Assembly: GCA_951406725.2 (NCBI GenBank)
Contig: OX597814.1
Span: forward strand, 178,994,001-179,058,000
DNA: 64,000 bases
DNA from: Octopus vulgaris
Lineage: Eukaryota
Direction of reading: 5' to 3'
A program made the position numbers and the translations under genes. Below, piece after piece: positions 27,820-41,719 of this stretch. Position 1 is the first letter of the stretch, and each line of letters opens with the position of its first letter. The notes under the pieces are model-generated. The model saw only the letters and a program-made list of their open reading frames with translations, did not search any database and had not been told where the DNA came from.

Positions 27820-28665
27820 CGTACATCACAGCATGTTTGTTTATTTCTGATATATCGTTGTAATATAAATTTAAAGAAGGAAAATCTATCTTTAAATCTT
27901 ATGATTTGAAGGAATGTGACCCCCCCCCCCCAAAAAAAAGACAAAAAAGTACATATAATAAATTTTTGTGTTAAATAAATCTGAAAAGCTTTAATTAAAT
28001 AATGAGGTTAATCAACATCAGGTTCGAAAGTAATTCCTTTCACATTAAGGAACTTGTGTAATTACTTTTTTTTCCCCATTCCCTCTTTTTCTAACAGAGA
28101 AACGCGATTAACAGTGTGTTTCATGTATGAAGAAAGCTAGCGAGAAAAAGGCTACGGGATTTTGTTTAATGAAATGATGTTGTTTTTCTTAGCTTGATGA
28201 TTACAAGTTTCTAACACACAGCTCACAACATAATTGACAACTCTTTCCATAGTGAAAACTGAATAACACGAGAACGCTTTTGTGGGAATTTCCATCACTT
28301 CTTCAATATCTCAGTGTAAATGCTGAATGCCTGTGATCACATTCCTGTATATCTCACTACGGGAAAAAAATGCAAACAAATAAATCTAACGTAGTGAGAT
28401 CAAGTATTCTAAGTGACAAGAATCGAGATCCAGTTTTTCCTTACCAACGAATGAGCAGATGTGCATTACGGAATTGTTGTAAGTTGAGACCCCAGAGTAG
28501 CACAGCATGTTACTATATAATGGTGATTGACAATATATTTCCCCTTTCATATTTTGGACCAAAACATTTCGAGAACATTTTTCTCAATTTGGTATCCTTG
28601 TTATAGTGGTGTCCACATGATAATGACCAAATAAAAATAATGATAATGATGATGATAAAAATAAA

Positions 28666-28734
<69 letters not shown>

Positions 28735-28735
28735 T

Positions 28736-29292
28736 GCCTTGATGCAGTACCAGGCAGTGGCTCTCATGGCTTCTGATCTTAACTGATTGGAAGTGTTATC
28801 ATGTACATTGTTAGGTCTTGGTATAAAAGACGGGCTACAGTAAATATTCTGCTCAATACCACAGATTTGCTTGTCAGTTGCTTGACCTTAACCAGTTGAG
28901 CATGTCCCTTAGTGGCTGATGATATGTGCATCTCTGATCACCAGCAGAAGTAGTGGAGGAGCATCATAGCCATGTGTTGAGAAGAGTTCTATGGGGTTTG
29001 AATATTTCACCTCTGGAAACATGGGTGTTTCATTCAACATCCTTAAACAACCCTTATTCAGGGACCTTTTGAGCAGAATGGGTTACTTGACCAGAAGAAA
29101 ATTCTAACTGGGCCCCACCTGCAAGGTCATGTGATGTTTATCTTGATATGAGATCACCATGTCGCGCACATATGGTTGTGATGCATGTGGCTAGTGTACC
29201 CTTACCAGACGGGTAGTCATGATGGGTATACTGGGCTTCGTATATTTTACCCCAGTGTCACTTTGATGGCATGCACTGCTCTCTCACTCAAT
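28736..29292 (+). repeat. Dispersed non-coding repeat family E (about 555 nt) embedded in (AAT)n
   Basis: (AAT)n arrays on both sides; a second copy at 7096-7485. Confidence 0.85.
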
Positions 29293-29350
29293 AAAAATAA
29301 TAATAATAATGATAATAATAATGATAATAATAATGATAATAATAATGATG

Positions 29351-29401
<51 letters not shown>

Positions 29402-29835
29402 TGCTGAGTACCTTAAACAAAAGTTAACATTCGGCGATTGAATGTTAAGAGAGTTTTCATAATTTCACGCCCGTCCATTAAATTTCTTCATAATGTTACC
29501 AGTAAGTCCAGTAGATTCCTCACAGATTAACATCTTTCAAAGATAGGTGCATTACTGATTATTTCGTCAATTACGTAATGGCTTACCACTCGTTTTTCGT
29601 GTTTATCATCTCGCTATATTTCTGACGCATTGCCAAATGAAAAGTTTTCATGCCACTACATTTTAAATGCATTTTAATAGAGCTGTAAGAAGTTATATAG
29701 AGAAACTTTGAAGCCTAACAAGATGAACTATGAAGATTTTATGGAAAGTAAATGATGAAAGATGTTTATACTTCAATGCGGGTATTTCTGGTTCAGGCCT
29801 AAATAGGTTTTCAACTGCAATCGCATATACACACG

Positions 29836-29927
<92 letters not shown>

Positions 29928-30075
29928 CACGCACGCACACACACACGCACACGCACGCACACACACACACACACACAAACACATATATATATGTATGTAC
30001 AGTGCATGTGCAATGTATATATATATAAACACACACACACACACATACACTCACACACATATGTGTATATAATAA

Positions 30076-30385
30076 AGGCACGTGGCTTAGTGGTTAGGGT
30101 ATTCGCCTCATGATCACTAGGTCGTGAGTTCAATTCCCAGCAACGCATTGTGTCCTTGAGCAAGACATTTTATTTCATGTTACTCGAGTCCACTCAGCTG
30201 GAAAAAATGGGTAGTGCCTGTATTTCAAAGTGCTAGCCTTGTGACATTGTATGTCACGCTGAATCTCCCTGAGAACTACATAAAGGGTACACGTTTCTAT
30301 CGAGTGGTCAGTCACATGCACGTTAATTTCACGAGCAGTCTGTTCCGATAATCGGTTCAACTGGAAACCATATCGTCTTAACCAG
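30076..30385 (+). mobile_element. SINE family C (tRNA head, CORE-like domain)
   Basis: tggcttagtggtt A box, gagttcaattccc B box and tgtgtccttgagcaagacatttt CORE-like motif; homologous to 40487-40798. Confidence 0.85.
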
Positions 30386-30472
30386 ATATGTACAGTTTGG
30401 GGCAGAGAGGACCGACGGTTTTAAAATGGCTATTAGTCAGCCCCAGATGAAAGAACATATGTCCCATAGGTA

Positions 30473-30531
<59 letters not shown>

Positions 30532-30964
30532 CATATATACATATATATATGTGCACACCTACATGTATATATATATACATGCGTATATGGGTACAGGAAG
30601 TCAAACGTGAAAACGTGAACAAAATGAAAAATGAGAACATTAAAAAACAAAAACAGGGAAAACGATCATTTTTTCGAACACCGAACGCAACAAATATAGA
30701 AATGAGACAGGCAACATAAAGAACAATCTCCTCATCAGCTGTCCCCTGTTTTATCTACTCCTCGTTTCGGACGTACACTGATAGAATAAACACTAGGCTT
30801 GCAAAGAATAAATCATATTTATCGATTTGTTCGACCAACAGCGGTGCCCCAGCCGTGCGTCACATGACTAAGACTAATAAAACAATATAAAAAACTATTC
30901 CATTTTAATTTGAGCAAGACTGGTTATATCTGCTACTAATTAAAATGACGTATTTTTTTATTGT

Positions 30965-31144
30965 TTTATTAGTTTCAGTCATGTGACTGCGGCCATGCTG
31001 GAGCACCAACGTTGGTCGAACAAATCGACCACAGGATTTATTCTTTGTAAGCCTAGTACTTATTCTATCAGTGTCTTTTGCCAAATTGATATGTTATGTT
31101 AACGTAAACACAGCAATATCGGTTGTCAAGCGTTGGTGGGGGTA

Positions 31145-31188
<44 letters not shown>

Positions 31189-31205
31189 ACACATATATAC
31201 GACAG
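30965..31205 (-). mobile_element. SINE family A 3' half (an opposite-strand tail fragment lies at about 30780-30885)
   Basis: Sequence match to the family A tail and body. Confidence 0.8.
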
Positions 31206-31444
31206 CCTACATTTAATTTGTTACAATCACCGTCACTTGTACACGAGTGGCACTCTATTTTGTCCACTTAAAAAAGTATTTAAAGCAACATAGAGAGTGA
31301 GAACATCGCAACAAAATCTCTTCGACGCGATAATAATAATACCCTAAACTCCAGATTGGAATAGCAGAAAACATGCGAATTGGATTTCTGAAACAGCTTG
31401 ATACATAGTGTGAAATACCCTTGTTTTAAGAAGATTAATACACA

Positions 31445-31499
<55 letters not shown>

Positions 31500-31502
<3 letters not shown>

Positions 31503-34500
31503 AATAAGCAACAAGAATGACTCCGGTAATTTGGTACAATTATTTCGCACTACAACATTTTATTAAAAGTTGTAATTATTACAGCAGATTTAAGATGTTG
31601 AGTGCTCTTCAGTCAAAAATATAGGTTTTCCAATAATACAAAAGCTTTTAAATCAAGTAGTAATATTTTAGAGAAGGTAGATATACAGATAAAGATGTAG
31701 AATTTAATTTTAAGAACATTAGGTTGTGAAGTCCAGCCACTAACTGACCAAAACTATGGTTGTGTTTAACTAGTTGTAGGAGTGAGTGTAAGTGGGGTTT
31801 CAGAATACCACAAAAGGAATTCAAGTTAGTTGTAGGAAATAGGGTAAGGAAGTTTTTCAGAATACCATAAAAGGAATTTAAGTTGCCACAAACAAAATGC
31901 CAATTATTGCTATATGGTGAGAAGAAACTAGGTCAGTGCCAAAAGGTCATTTATCTCCTTTACAAAGAGTAGGGAAAAAACTATCAGTTATTATTATCAG
32001 AAGACATAGAATTTTATAATTGGGGGATAGCTTTATTAATCTTAAAACTAGATTAGATTTAGAAAAAATTCAATTTCAAGTTTACAGTGAAGTTTTTTTA
32101 GTCCTCTATGAAAGTTAAGTTGAAGGCTAGTATAGTATATTTCATTTTAATATTATAATATAGGAATACTCATAATTTTTATTTAAAGTATTTAAACGTT
32201 CTAGTTGTGGAATGTATGCAAGATGTTCCCAAATCTAGACGATTATTCAATAGATTTATATTACTCTGATGTTTTAAAATTTCATAAGTTTCCATAGAAC
32301 AAAGTTGGCAACCTTCCATACTTTTTCTATAAGGTTTCGCCCTTCTAACTATATCCCATTTTAGGTTGAATCCTATATTATTTGTTTTAAGTTCCCAAAT
32401 TTTGCTAGATAGTGTTGTGCAACCTGCCTTATGCTTTAGTTTAAAAGTGGAAAAATGATTGTTAAGACGTTTTTTAAAATCCACCGAACATCCGAAATAA
32501 AGAAAGCTATTGTTAGAAGCTATTATCGTGCATTTATAAATTACGTTTTGGACCGAACAACGACCAGATACCGGACATTTTGATCTAATCCTACAATTAC
32601 AACAGGGAGGATAATATTCAGATTTGGAGTTATTTAAGGATAGTTCCTCAACATTACTGTTATTTAAATTATTATTAGTATTAGTATTATTGTCATATTA
32701 GTGGTCATGTTCATATCCAAATTAGGGTTACTATTTATTAATCTATCTTCACCATCATTCTCACCAACCATACTTTTACCTATAGTATCTGTATTATTGG
32801 TATTGTTATTATCATTATTTATACCAACGTTATTATTATTATTGTTATCATCATTATTAATATTATTTTTATTATTTTTATTTTTTATCATTATTATTAT
32901 TATTGTTATTTCTATTGTTGATGCTGTTATTATAATTATTATTATTATCTTTGTTATTACTATTCATTCTACTCCTGACTAACTTAATGTTTTTACTATT
33001 AAGTCTAGCTATTATGGTAGCCATGTTTGGGAGGGTTGAATATGAAATTCTTACTGATCTCCTAGAAATTATTTTATGATATTTATGGGAGGCTGGGAAA
33101 TTTTTTTGTAGTGTAGATTTAAATCTACTGTACACATTCGTCGAGATCGCCCAGTTAAAGGGGATATTTAGCCAAATGATATGTTCTCTTTTATATTTTT
33201 TGTTTAAGAACGAGTGGGAAGGATTTGTGTTATCAGTATTCGCAGGAGAATTATTACTCTTTTAACTACTATTTTTATGCCTATCAGATTTATCTAGGTT
33301 GGTATTTTCATATTTATTTATGATCTGGTCCCTATTTTTATTCTTATAATTTGGTTTATACACTAGGCTTTTCTTCTCCATTAATTTATGTTTATGTAGG
33401 GTATGAGAGTTATTATTACTTACGTCATTTATATTCACTTCATTGTTTGGGAGATTTGAACTATCCTTATCAAGAAAGGTAATTTCTTGGTCATATCCCG
33501 CTTTGGATAATACTACATTGTAATGGTTAGAGTGAGAGTTAAATATATCACTATGAGATGATAATTTTGTAAATCTTTGGGAAATATTTCTAACTAATGA
33601 TTTTAATATATTCGGGGGATGATTAGATGACTTACTTACATATCTAGTGACCTCGCCCTCCTTTCTAAATGGGTAATGTAATTTTGAATTTAGGTCTAGG
33701 GTAACATCTAGGAAATTAACTATCTTTGTGTTAGGTTCATAAGTAATGTCTAAGTTAAAATCTTTAAAAAATTTATTAATTTTCATTTTTATCCTCTCAG
33801 TACTTGATTTACTATTGCTAGGTACAACGAACAAAGCATCATCCCTATATAGACCATTTTGTAACTCAGGGATATCCTTGTTTATGCATTTTAATAAGTA
33901 TGCTCCTACCAGATTCGTTACCTCCGCTGAGTCACTAGAGCCCATAGGTATATCAAAATTATTAGGTGTATGCGATTCATAGCAAAAATAAGTGATTTGT
34001 TTAGTAGAATGGGGGTATACTAGAATAGTAATTGTTAATATCAAACTGGATAAAAGAAATTCTATTAGTGTTATCTAGAAATTTAAACCAATCTATCACT
34101 TCATCTGTATTAATCCATAGACTCAAGGGGAGATTGGGGTAGAATATTGTCCAAAATAGATTTGCTAAGTCGGCCAATGTCCGACTTAGTTGTACATATG
34201 AGTCTTACCGAGGGGTTTTCTAAGAAATTTTTCTTATGGTCCTTAAGATTGATCCTGGGTTCACATGGTATAAGAGGATCCGTTATATCGGTCAGATCGT
34301 AATTCACCATAACGTTTTTGATTTCTAAATTTATCTCTCTCAAGTTTTTTTTTTTTTGGTTGTTACTTTATACCTTAAGTTTAGTTCCTTTTTAATGAGT
34401 TTGCTGTAAGTCGCATAATCCATTCTGTAAAGATTTCCAGTTTTGTAAAGATCCCCTGTTTATTTTGAATAGATTTAAGGAAATCCTTTAGATGTCTAAG

Positions 34501-34778
34501 GTGTGGATTGTAACACAGTGGATGCTCCTTGAATTTTATATTTGTGATAAGGTCTAGTAGATCCTTTTCAAAACTTTCGACCAATTGATTCGGAGGTGGG
34601 CTCTTCCTACTTCTAAAAATATTTTTGTAGTGATTATCCAGGTGTGTTATTTGAGGGTCTTTTTTCTGTTTGGTATCGTAGTGGTAAGTAATCCATCTAA
34701 TTCTTCGGATAAATTCATTGGTTCTGTGGATCAACAGCCATATGTATTCGTCCTTAATTAATGCTTCTATTAAATACA
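31500..34778 (-). mobile_element. Penelope-like element, Neptune type (RT plus GIY-YIG), frameshifted, with 3' UTR
   Basis: EFIRRIRW, INLKDHKKNFLENPSVRLI, FDINNYYSSI, FDIPMGSSDSAEV, GLYRDD, VNFLDVTLDL, SNHPP, IIWLNIPFN, CNCR..CP...C linker, VIYKC..LYFGC, KKRLNNH, CQLC..E, LLN.R..CIH. Confidence 0.93.
31530..31617 (-). ncRNA. Type I hammerhead ribozyme in the PLE 3' region
   Basis: Minus strand reads tttga-CTGAAGA-gcact caacat..atgttg t agtgc-GAAA-taattg-TA-ccaaa. Core intact, long stem II, near-palindromic stem III ATAATTGT, one mismatch in stem I. Confidence 0.75.
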
Positions 34779-36167
34779 CTAGCAAATCTACCCATCTACG
34801 ACGGAGGCATAGAATGCGGGATGTAAGTACCTATGTAGAAACGTGTAAATGATAGATTACTGAATGATGTCTTAGAGAAATCACATTATTATTGGTGATA
34901 TAGTATTCTATTACAGCTATATGACATGTGCTTGCGACTAAGTGACAAGTGATGGAGATTCACTCCCGAATTGAATTAGGCTCTCAGCCTCTGTACTTTG
35001 AGTGGTTCTGTGGATCACTCCTAACGAAAGCCAGAGCTTCTTTAGACAACTAAACAAAATGTTTGAAGAAAAAAATGCTATTTCGATATATTTTTATTTT
35101 AGTTGTTTACAAAATATTTCCCTTTTTTATACTCTTATACATTCAAAGTTCACTAATTTCCTTATTTAAAGTACGAATCACATTCCTTTCGATAATATGA
35201 TTATCCTTACAAAGCATCTTTGTAGACGATATTTTCTGTTTGGTCGACACTAATTTTCAAATTACTGGAATCCTTTGATCTATTCCTAGTGGCGTTTGTA
35301 AACATCTGAGTGGATACAAATACACCTACACGATCTAAAATCTGGCCCTGTGCCGTGTTTGCTGTGAATGCGAGAGTGGAATCTTTAGGCTTGAAAAAAA
35401 GGCAAACTAAAGCCTACCTCTCATTGTTCTATGCGAATAATGTCTGGATGTTCTGGTACCTTGGGTTATTTTGATTGACAAGGTTGAGATGTAAACCACA
35501 GCCGTTACGATTAGTCGTTTTGAATCCTGCTCGAGACTGACACACTTCAATAACCACTAAATAATCGCACACACTATATACTGACACACACCATTTTTAT
35601 TTTATGCTCGCTATTAACCGTCTCCCTGACCCCTTCATCTCTACGATGAGGCTACGAACTATACGATGAAAACTCGTAGTCGCTGAATTTTTAATAAAAA
35701 TGCGAAGTTGGTTTTTCAATTCAAAAACTGATATCTATGAAAAATATCGTAACCATTGGTCCAGGCGTCTGATCGTGAAGAGGGAACAGACAAAGAGAAG
35801 AATATAACGCCCATTATAGTAAGATAACGAATCTTCCCATCTCCGAGGGGATTTAAAGGGTTAGTATCACAAATCTAAACCCTCTAAATTCAATAACAAT
35901 ACAGGCTGGAGGGAATCCAGAGTTAATGCTCGTGGTCGGAATTTTAACAAAAAACATCAAAGGCGATTTATTGATACAAAACTCAAACTCTACTAAATAA
36001 TCATACTTTTCACATATTCTTTCGCTAAAAACCCTTCGTGATTACCTCCTTCATAATCTCGAAAAAACATTGTAACCATTGGTCAATCCGTTTGAGCGTG
36101 AAGAGGGAGCAGACATACAGAGGGACAGACGGACAGACAGACGTACATAACGCCCATTATAGTAAGA
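34779..36167 (-). mobile_element. Non-autonomous Helitron with both termini
   Basis: On the minus strand it begins A|TCTTACTATAAT (36167) and ends with hairpin ccgtc-gta-gatgg, a 10-nt spacer and CTAG|T (34779). It contains a helicase remnant on the same strand. Confidence 0.8.
35207..35380 (-). pseudogene. Helitron Pif1-type helicase C-terminal remnant
   Basis: LAFTANTAQGQILDRVGVFVSTQMF..NLKISVDQTENIVYKDAL*, compared with the family pattern T.NK.QGQ.L..VG...T.NIVY.E.L*. The GQLYVA segment is deleted. Not in the ORF track. Confidence 0.85.
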
Positions 36168-36199
36168 TTTACATTAAATGATAACAATAGGCATTTATT

Positions 36200-39100
36200 T
36201 ACCGTATAATCGGCTGCACGATGAATATATACTATTTGTTTACTTTATATATAGGTAGAGATCTTGTGTGTTACGTCATCACAAATATGATTTATTGAAA
36301 GAATTTCGAGATATTATCAATATATGAAAACTTGTTTCATCTATATTATTTAATTAATAGGTATTGTTAATGATAGTTTAAAACTAATATTAACGTAAGA
36401 TAATAGGCCGAAAATATTATGTATTGTAAGATAGAAGTTATAACTATTCAGTTAGGTATAAATATCGAAAGCCTGTTGTGTTAGTTATAGATAGTTACGT
36501 TATGTCTTCTTAATAATAGAAAAAGTTAGAAAATCTATTCAATACGAGGTGATTAAGTTAATCTCAGTAAAATAATTAACAAGTATTATTAATTATTGTT
36601 TAAGATATTGTTAGAATATTAGTTGTTAATTTAAAGTTATAAAGTCGAATATATTATGTATCATAAGTAGTGTAATCAATAATACCTATCTCAATTAATA
36701 TGCACAGATAAAATTATGAAATATTTTCAATGACTCTGCTGTGTTATATCACCAGGTAATATGTCTCCTAAATGTTAGAGGATATTATATGAATAGTATA
36801 TTGTATAGTTTTAATATTACCCTATATTATGAGTATAAATCTTAATTATATTTAGAGAAAACATATTTCGCTGAATGAAGGCAAGTTACAATTTTTCTTT
36901 CCTTAAATTATGTAAATATTTTCTAAATAGAAGGATTTTATATGCTCCTTTAGTACACAAACCGCATCTGTTGATGGTAATTTTATATGACTCTGCAAAA
37001 CTCACAATCTCCCTTTTAATATTAAATTCAATGTTATTATCCTTTAATTCACATTTGAACTTACTTAATCTAGTATAATTCATTTTCTGACTATTTTTAA
37101 AGCTCTGTTAGTGGGTAGCAATTCTGATCTTATTTCTATTATCTGTTGACCCTATATAATAGAAATTGTCTCCTTGAGATTCGACTATACATTGGTAGAC
37201 TATGTTAACTTTCTTATATAATTTTTTTTTTATTTCAAATTAATATTAACTTTACAGTCAGAAATTTCATTTATATCTTTATGTATGTTATTCGAAGTAT
37301 TATTAGGGAGTTAATATGGGTTATTTCCCTTCTAACATTAAGGTGTTTATAGCCATTAACATTTTTATTCATGTTTGAGAAGTTAAGTTGGTTTTGAGGT
37401 GAAATATTGTAGTGGATATTTCTAATTTTATAGAAACTATCTAATTTTTATTGTTAATAGATGATATATTTATGAACAGGTTACGAGTTAAAATAAAGCC
37501 AAATCTGAGATGTTTATAATTAATAAGTTTGCTATATTTATTATCGTTGTTAAAATGCTTTTAAATAGACTTATATAGAGATTTCATTAAATTGCTTTTA
37601 AATTTTATTGATATGGCATAATAAGCCAAATCGTATTAGATTCTTCAGAATTATCGTTAGAGATTTTATCATTTATATTTGATTTAATAAAATTTATGGA
37701 ATTGTTATATGGTTTATTTTTTCTATTACAACTATTACGCGGATTACCAATGAGATGAGTTTTCAAGCGAGTTACCGGTTTATTATTATCATCCGATTTA
37801 TTATTTACGTGTTCATCGCTATTAGAATGATTATAATCATAATTATTTATCAGTTGATTATTATTTATATTATGTATATAATATAATTTAATGTTAGTTT
37901 TTACTATATTGTATTTTCTATTTCGAGGTTGATGTTTATTTATTCCGAGTTTATTATTACAATTACCACTTAACATTTCAATATTAGATGATTTGTTAAT
38001 TCTACTTTTGTTTTCACTTATAGGTTTTGCTTTGATTGAATTAGCAGTCTTTTCAGCTTTAGTTCCTGTCGTATAATTGATTCTATCATGCATACTTTTA
38101 TCATTTGGTGGATGATATTTTATCTTCTATAAGGCGTTGAGCTGGCAGAAACGTTAGCACGCCGGGCGAAATTCTAAGCGGTATTTCGTCTGCCGTTACG
38201 TTCTGAGTTCAAATTCCGCCGAGGTCGACTTTGCCTTTCGTCCTTTCGGGGTCGATAAATTAAGTAACAGTTACGCACTGGGGTCAATGTAATCGACTTA
38301 ATCCGTTTGCCTGCCCTTATTTGTCCCCTCTGTGTTTAGCCCCTTGTGGGTAGTAAAGAAATAGGTATTTATCTTCTCTCTAAATGCAGCTTTAGCTAGA
38401 GCTATGTTGTAATAATCTGCAGGTTCCTTGAATATTTCTTCCATTATAGGATATATTTGATATGTTGTTTCCCTATGTTGGAAATTAACGTGTTTTTAAT
38501 TGATCCTGGAAGATTACTTAGGAAATTAATGTAACTTAAATTCGTATTAAATTTATGACAAGGTTCATGTTATATGGTTGAAATTAGCATCTAAAAAGTT
38601 AGTTGAGTTATTATTCTTTTCAACAGATAGAGTGTCCATATATTTTGGAAGATATAGAGAGTGTTTTCTTAAATAATTCTAATTTTTATTAGATGCATTT
38701 TTTAGGACAAAAACTGCATCATCCATATAATAAACCGCCCCTAATTTCGGGAAATTCGTCATGCAGATAATACAAGAGATAAATTACAGCGAGATCAGTT
38801 ACTTGAGCCAAATCAGCGGTACCCATTGCGATATCGAAGTAATTGGATGCGTCTTTTCTAGTCCAATATTTATTACCAAAGTTCATTCTAGATTTTCAAG
38901 CAGCTAGGATAACATTAATTTCATTGATATTAAGGTTAGTATAATTTCCGGCAAAAAGAAGGGTTTTGTTTATTACAATAGGGTTGCTAGAGGAATAATA
39001 ATTGTAGATGTCTCTTTTTCAAAAGAAATTATATTTTTTCTTATTTTCAATATCATTAGGCCAATTAATAGCTGCTTGAGTATTATAAAATATTCGAGAG

Positions 39101-39420
39101 ATGTTCTGTTTCTAATTGTTTCTATATATTTATCTAACATAATTTTACTTACCCGGGCATATTAATCTAAACGTCGGGTTATTTGGAAGTTATGCTTAAG
39201 GTGTTTCAAAGTTATCCTAGATATAACAGGAATAAATGGTTCGGTTCTATCATCAATACGGAATCCAGATATAATCCTTTTGACTTCTAAATTAATTATT
39301 CTAATAACACTTTTGCTGTAATCTTTTATAATATATCTTTTATTGTTATCTTTTACATTATATCATTTTCCCAGATGATATTGTGTTCATATCTTATAAA
39401 TGCAAATTTAAAGCATAAAT
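36200..39420 (-). mobile_element. Second, older Neptune-type Penelope-like element (different family)
   Basis: YFDIAMGTADLAQVTDL, YMDDAVF, FLDAN, TIWLIMPY, IVYQC..YYIGST and CGLC..GAYKI on the minus strand with many stops; interrupted by a SINE. Confidence 0.85.
38132..38365 (+). mobile_element. SINE family B inserted into the older PLE
   Basis: Near-identical to 49256-49491; flanked by a tttatcttct direct repeat. Confidence 0.92.
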
Positions 39421-39613
39421 TTATATTTTATTTAACGAGCAAAAGAGAAACACCTGTAGGAAATTGAAGTATCAATTTATTAATAAATAATCATCAATAT
39501 ATGTATATATGTATGTATGTATATATATGAACACGATGAACAAGTCATTGAATGTGTATTACCATACAACTTTAAACAGATTAAAGTCTATCGAAACTAT
39601 ATCTATCTTTCTT

Positions 39614-39650
<37 letters not shown>

Positions 39651-39670
39651 CTATCCATCTATCTATCTAC

Positions 39671-39714
<44 letters not shown>

Positions 39715-40339
39715 ATATATATATATATATATATGCGCGTGTATGTGCATGTGTGTGTCTGTTCCTAGATAAAGCACAAATGGAACGAATGTATTTCTAC
39801 AATGCATTTCTAACACTTAAAGATTTATAAACGAACTCCTTGCACATTTCATTTGTTTTTCTTATATTTGATATATTTCCTCATTTATTATCAATTGTGT
39901 TTTATTTAAAATCAGATGTATTATATTCATTCCTTTGTTACTTCGTTTGTTCTTTTTCTTTTCCTTTTTAACTGTATTGACATCAGTGCCTTTGTATTAA
40001 GCAAAGAAAAAGAAACATCTACAAGTATTATCTCGTGTATGTCTTTACTACAAAATCAATTCCTCTAAGTACTAACACTTCGTATATTCCGAACAATTGT
40101 CTCACGAATGTGCTCAGTTCCTACAATTTATTCCAACGATTAAATATTTATCATGCAACTCTATATAATGGAGTAAGCACCATCGAATTGAATAGCATTA
40201 GGTAAGATTAAAATTATCTACTTCCTTATCAATATAGCTGGCTACTTTTTTAACTTTCTCAATACGTATGTATATGTACGTAGGTATGTTTGTAAGGACA
40301 TACGTATATATGCATGTATGTTTAATTATCTACATAGCT

Positions 40340-40388
<49 letters not shown>

Positions 40389-40405
40389 GTGTGTGTGTGT
40401 GTGTA

Positions 40406-40486
<81 letters not shown>

Positions 40487-40798
40487 AGGCACATGGCTTA
40501 GTAGTTTGGGAATTCGACTCACGATCATAAGGAAGTGAGTTGAATTCCCGCCGAGGTGTTGTGTCCTAGAGCAAGACATTTTATTTCACGTTGCTACAAT
40601 CCACTTAGCCGGCAAAAATTAGTTTTACTTGTATTATTTCAAAGGGGCGGCCTTGTCACATTCTGTGTAACACTGAATCTGCCTGTGAACTACGCTCAGG
40701 GTACGCGTGTCAGCCACTTACACATTAATTTTACGAGCAGGCTGTTCCTTTAATCGGATCAACTGGAATCCTCGTTACCGTAACCGACGGATTGCCCG
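40487..40798 (+). mobile_element. SINE family C
   Basis: Homologous to 30076-30385; lies between TA arrays. Confidence 0.85.
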
Positions 40799-40910
<112 letters not shown>

Positions 40911-41719
40911 ATCGGCGGAACATTGATGTCCCGTTGGGCGAACATACAGAAATCTGTAGTCAGAAAATTCCCTAATTTTTCCTTTCCACAATCTATATCA
41001 CACAAGTAGTTTGGAAGACAGATAAAAGAAAAGCGCTTAATTAAAACGTTTACACTTGTCATGAAAGGAAAAAGCAATAATACAACAACCAGTTATGGAT
41101 GTGGATTAGAAAATATCTTTGACATAAGAATATAAGCAAATTACAGAAGACTTCCAGAGATCGAAACCGACTAAATTTGCTCATTCATAAGTCAATTATC
41201 TGTAAACCGCAAGTTATCTGGTTAAAATAAAGGCGGGATCAATGTAATATCACACAGTGACGTTTAAGCTGCATGCTGATTGGTCAAAACAGTATTCGAA
41301 GAAATCAGCTTGTCGGAGCCTCCTAGGAAGAAAGGGTATAAAACGGAAGAAGCCTGTCATTTTGCTGCAGCTGTCAAGGTTTCAACTCAACCGTCAGTCA
41401 ACACACTTTGAAATACGATGATTACTGTGAACGAATGAAAGCGCTAATTTCACGTTATGAACATTACTAAATACATTTTTTTACTGTTTAACCCTCCAAA
41501 ATTGTAAAAAAGTTTTTAAATTGCAATAAAAAAAGACATGAAAACCAGGCAATGCTGTAACTTTATTCAACCGATATATTATTCTATACATATTTACAGA
41601 AATTCGGAAATATATGTGTGTGTCTGTGTGGATGCATCATATATTTATTTATTTTATTATAGAAATGCAATCACTAAATTCATTTGGCAGGAATGTTTAT
41701 CATGCTTATATTGATTTCA

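Noticed and set aside
30725-30775. Minus-strand GAAAC..GTA..CTGATGA arrangement
   Set aside because: No stem I can form between GTA and CTGATGA, and stem II is only 3 bp.
35644-35685. cgatga followed by hairpin ggctacga/tcgtagtc
   Set aside because: No GAAA after the stem; it is a hairpin inside the Helitron, not an HHR.
36186-36285. Possible HHR relic at the 3' end of the older PLE (GTGATGA..GTAAA on the minus strand)
   Set aside because: Both core boxes are altered and stems I and III are not recoverable.
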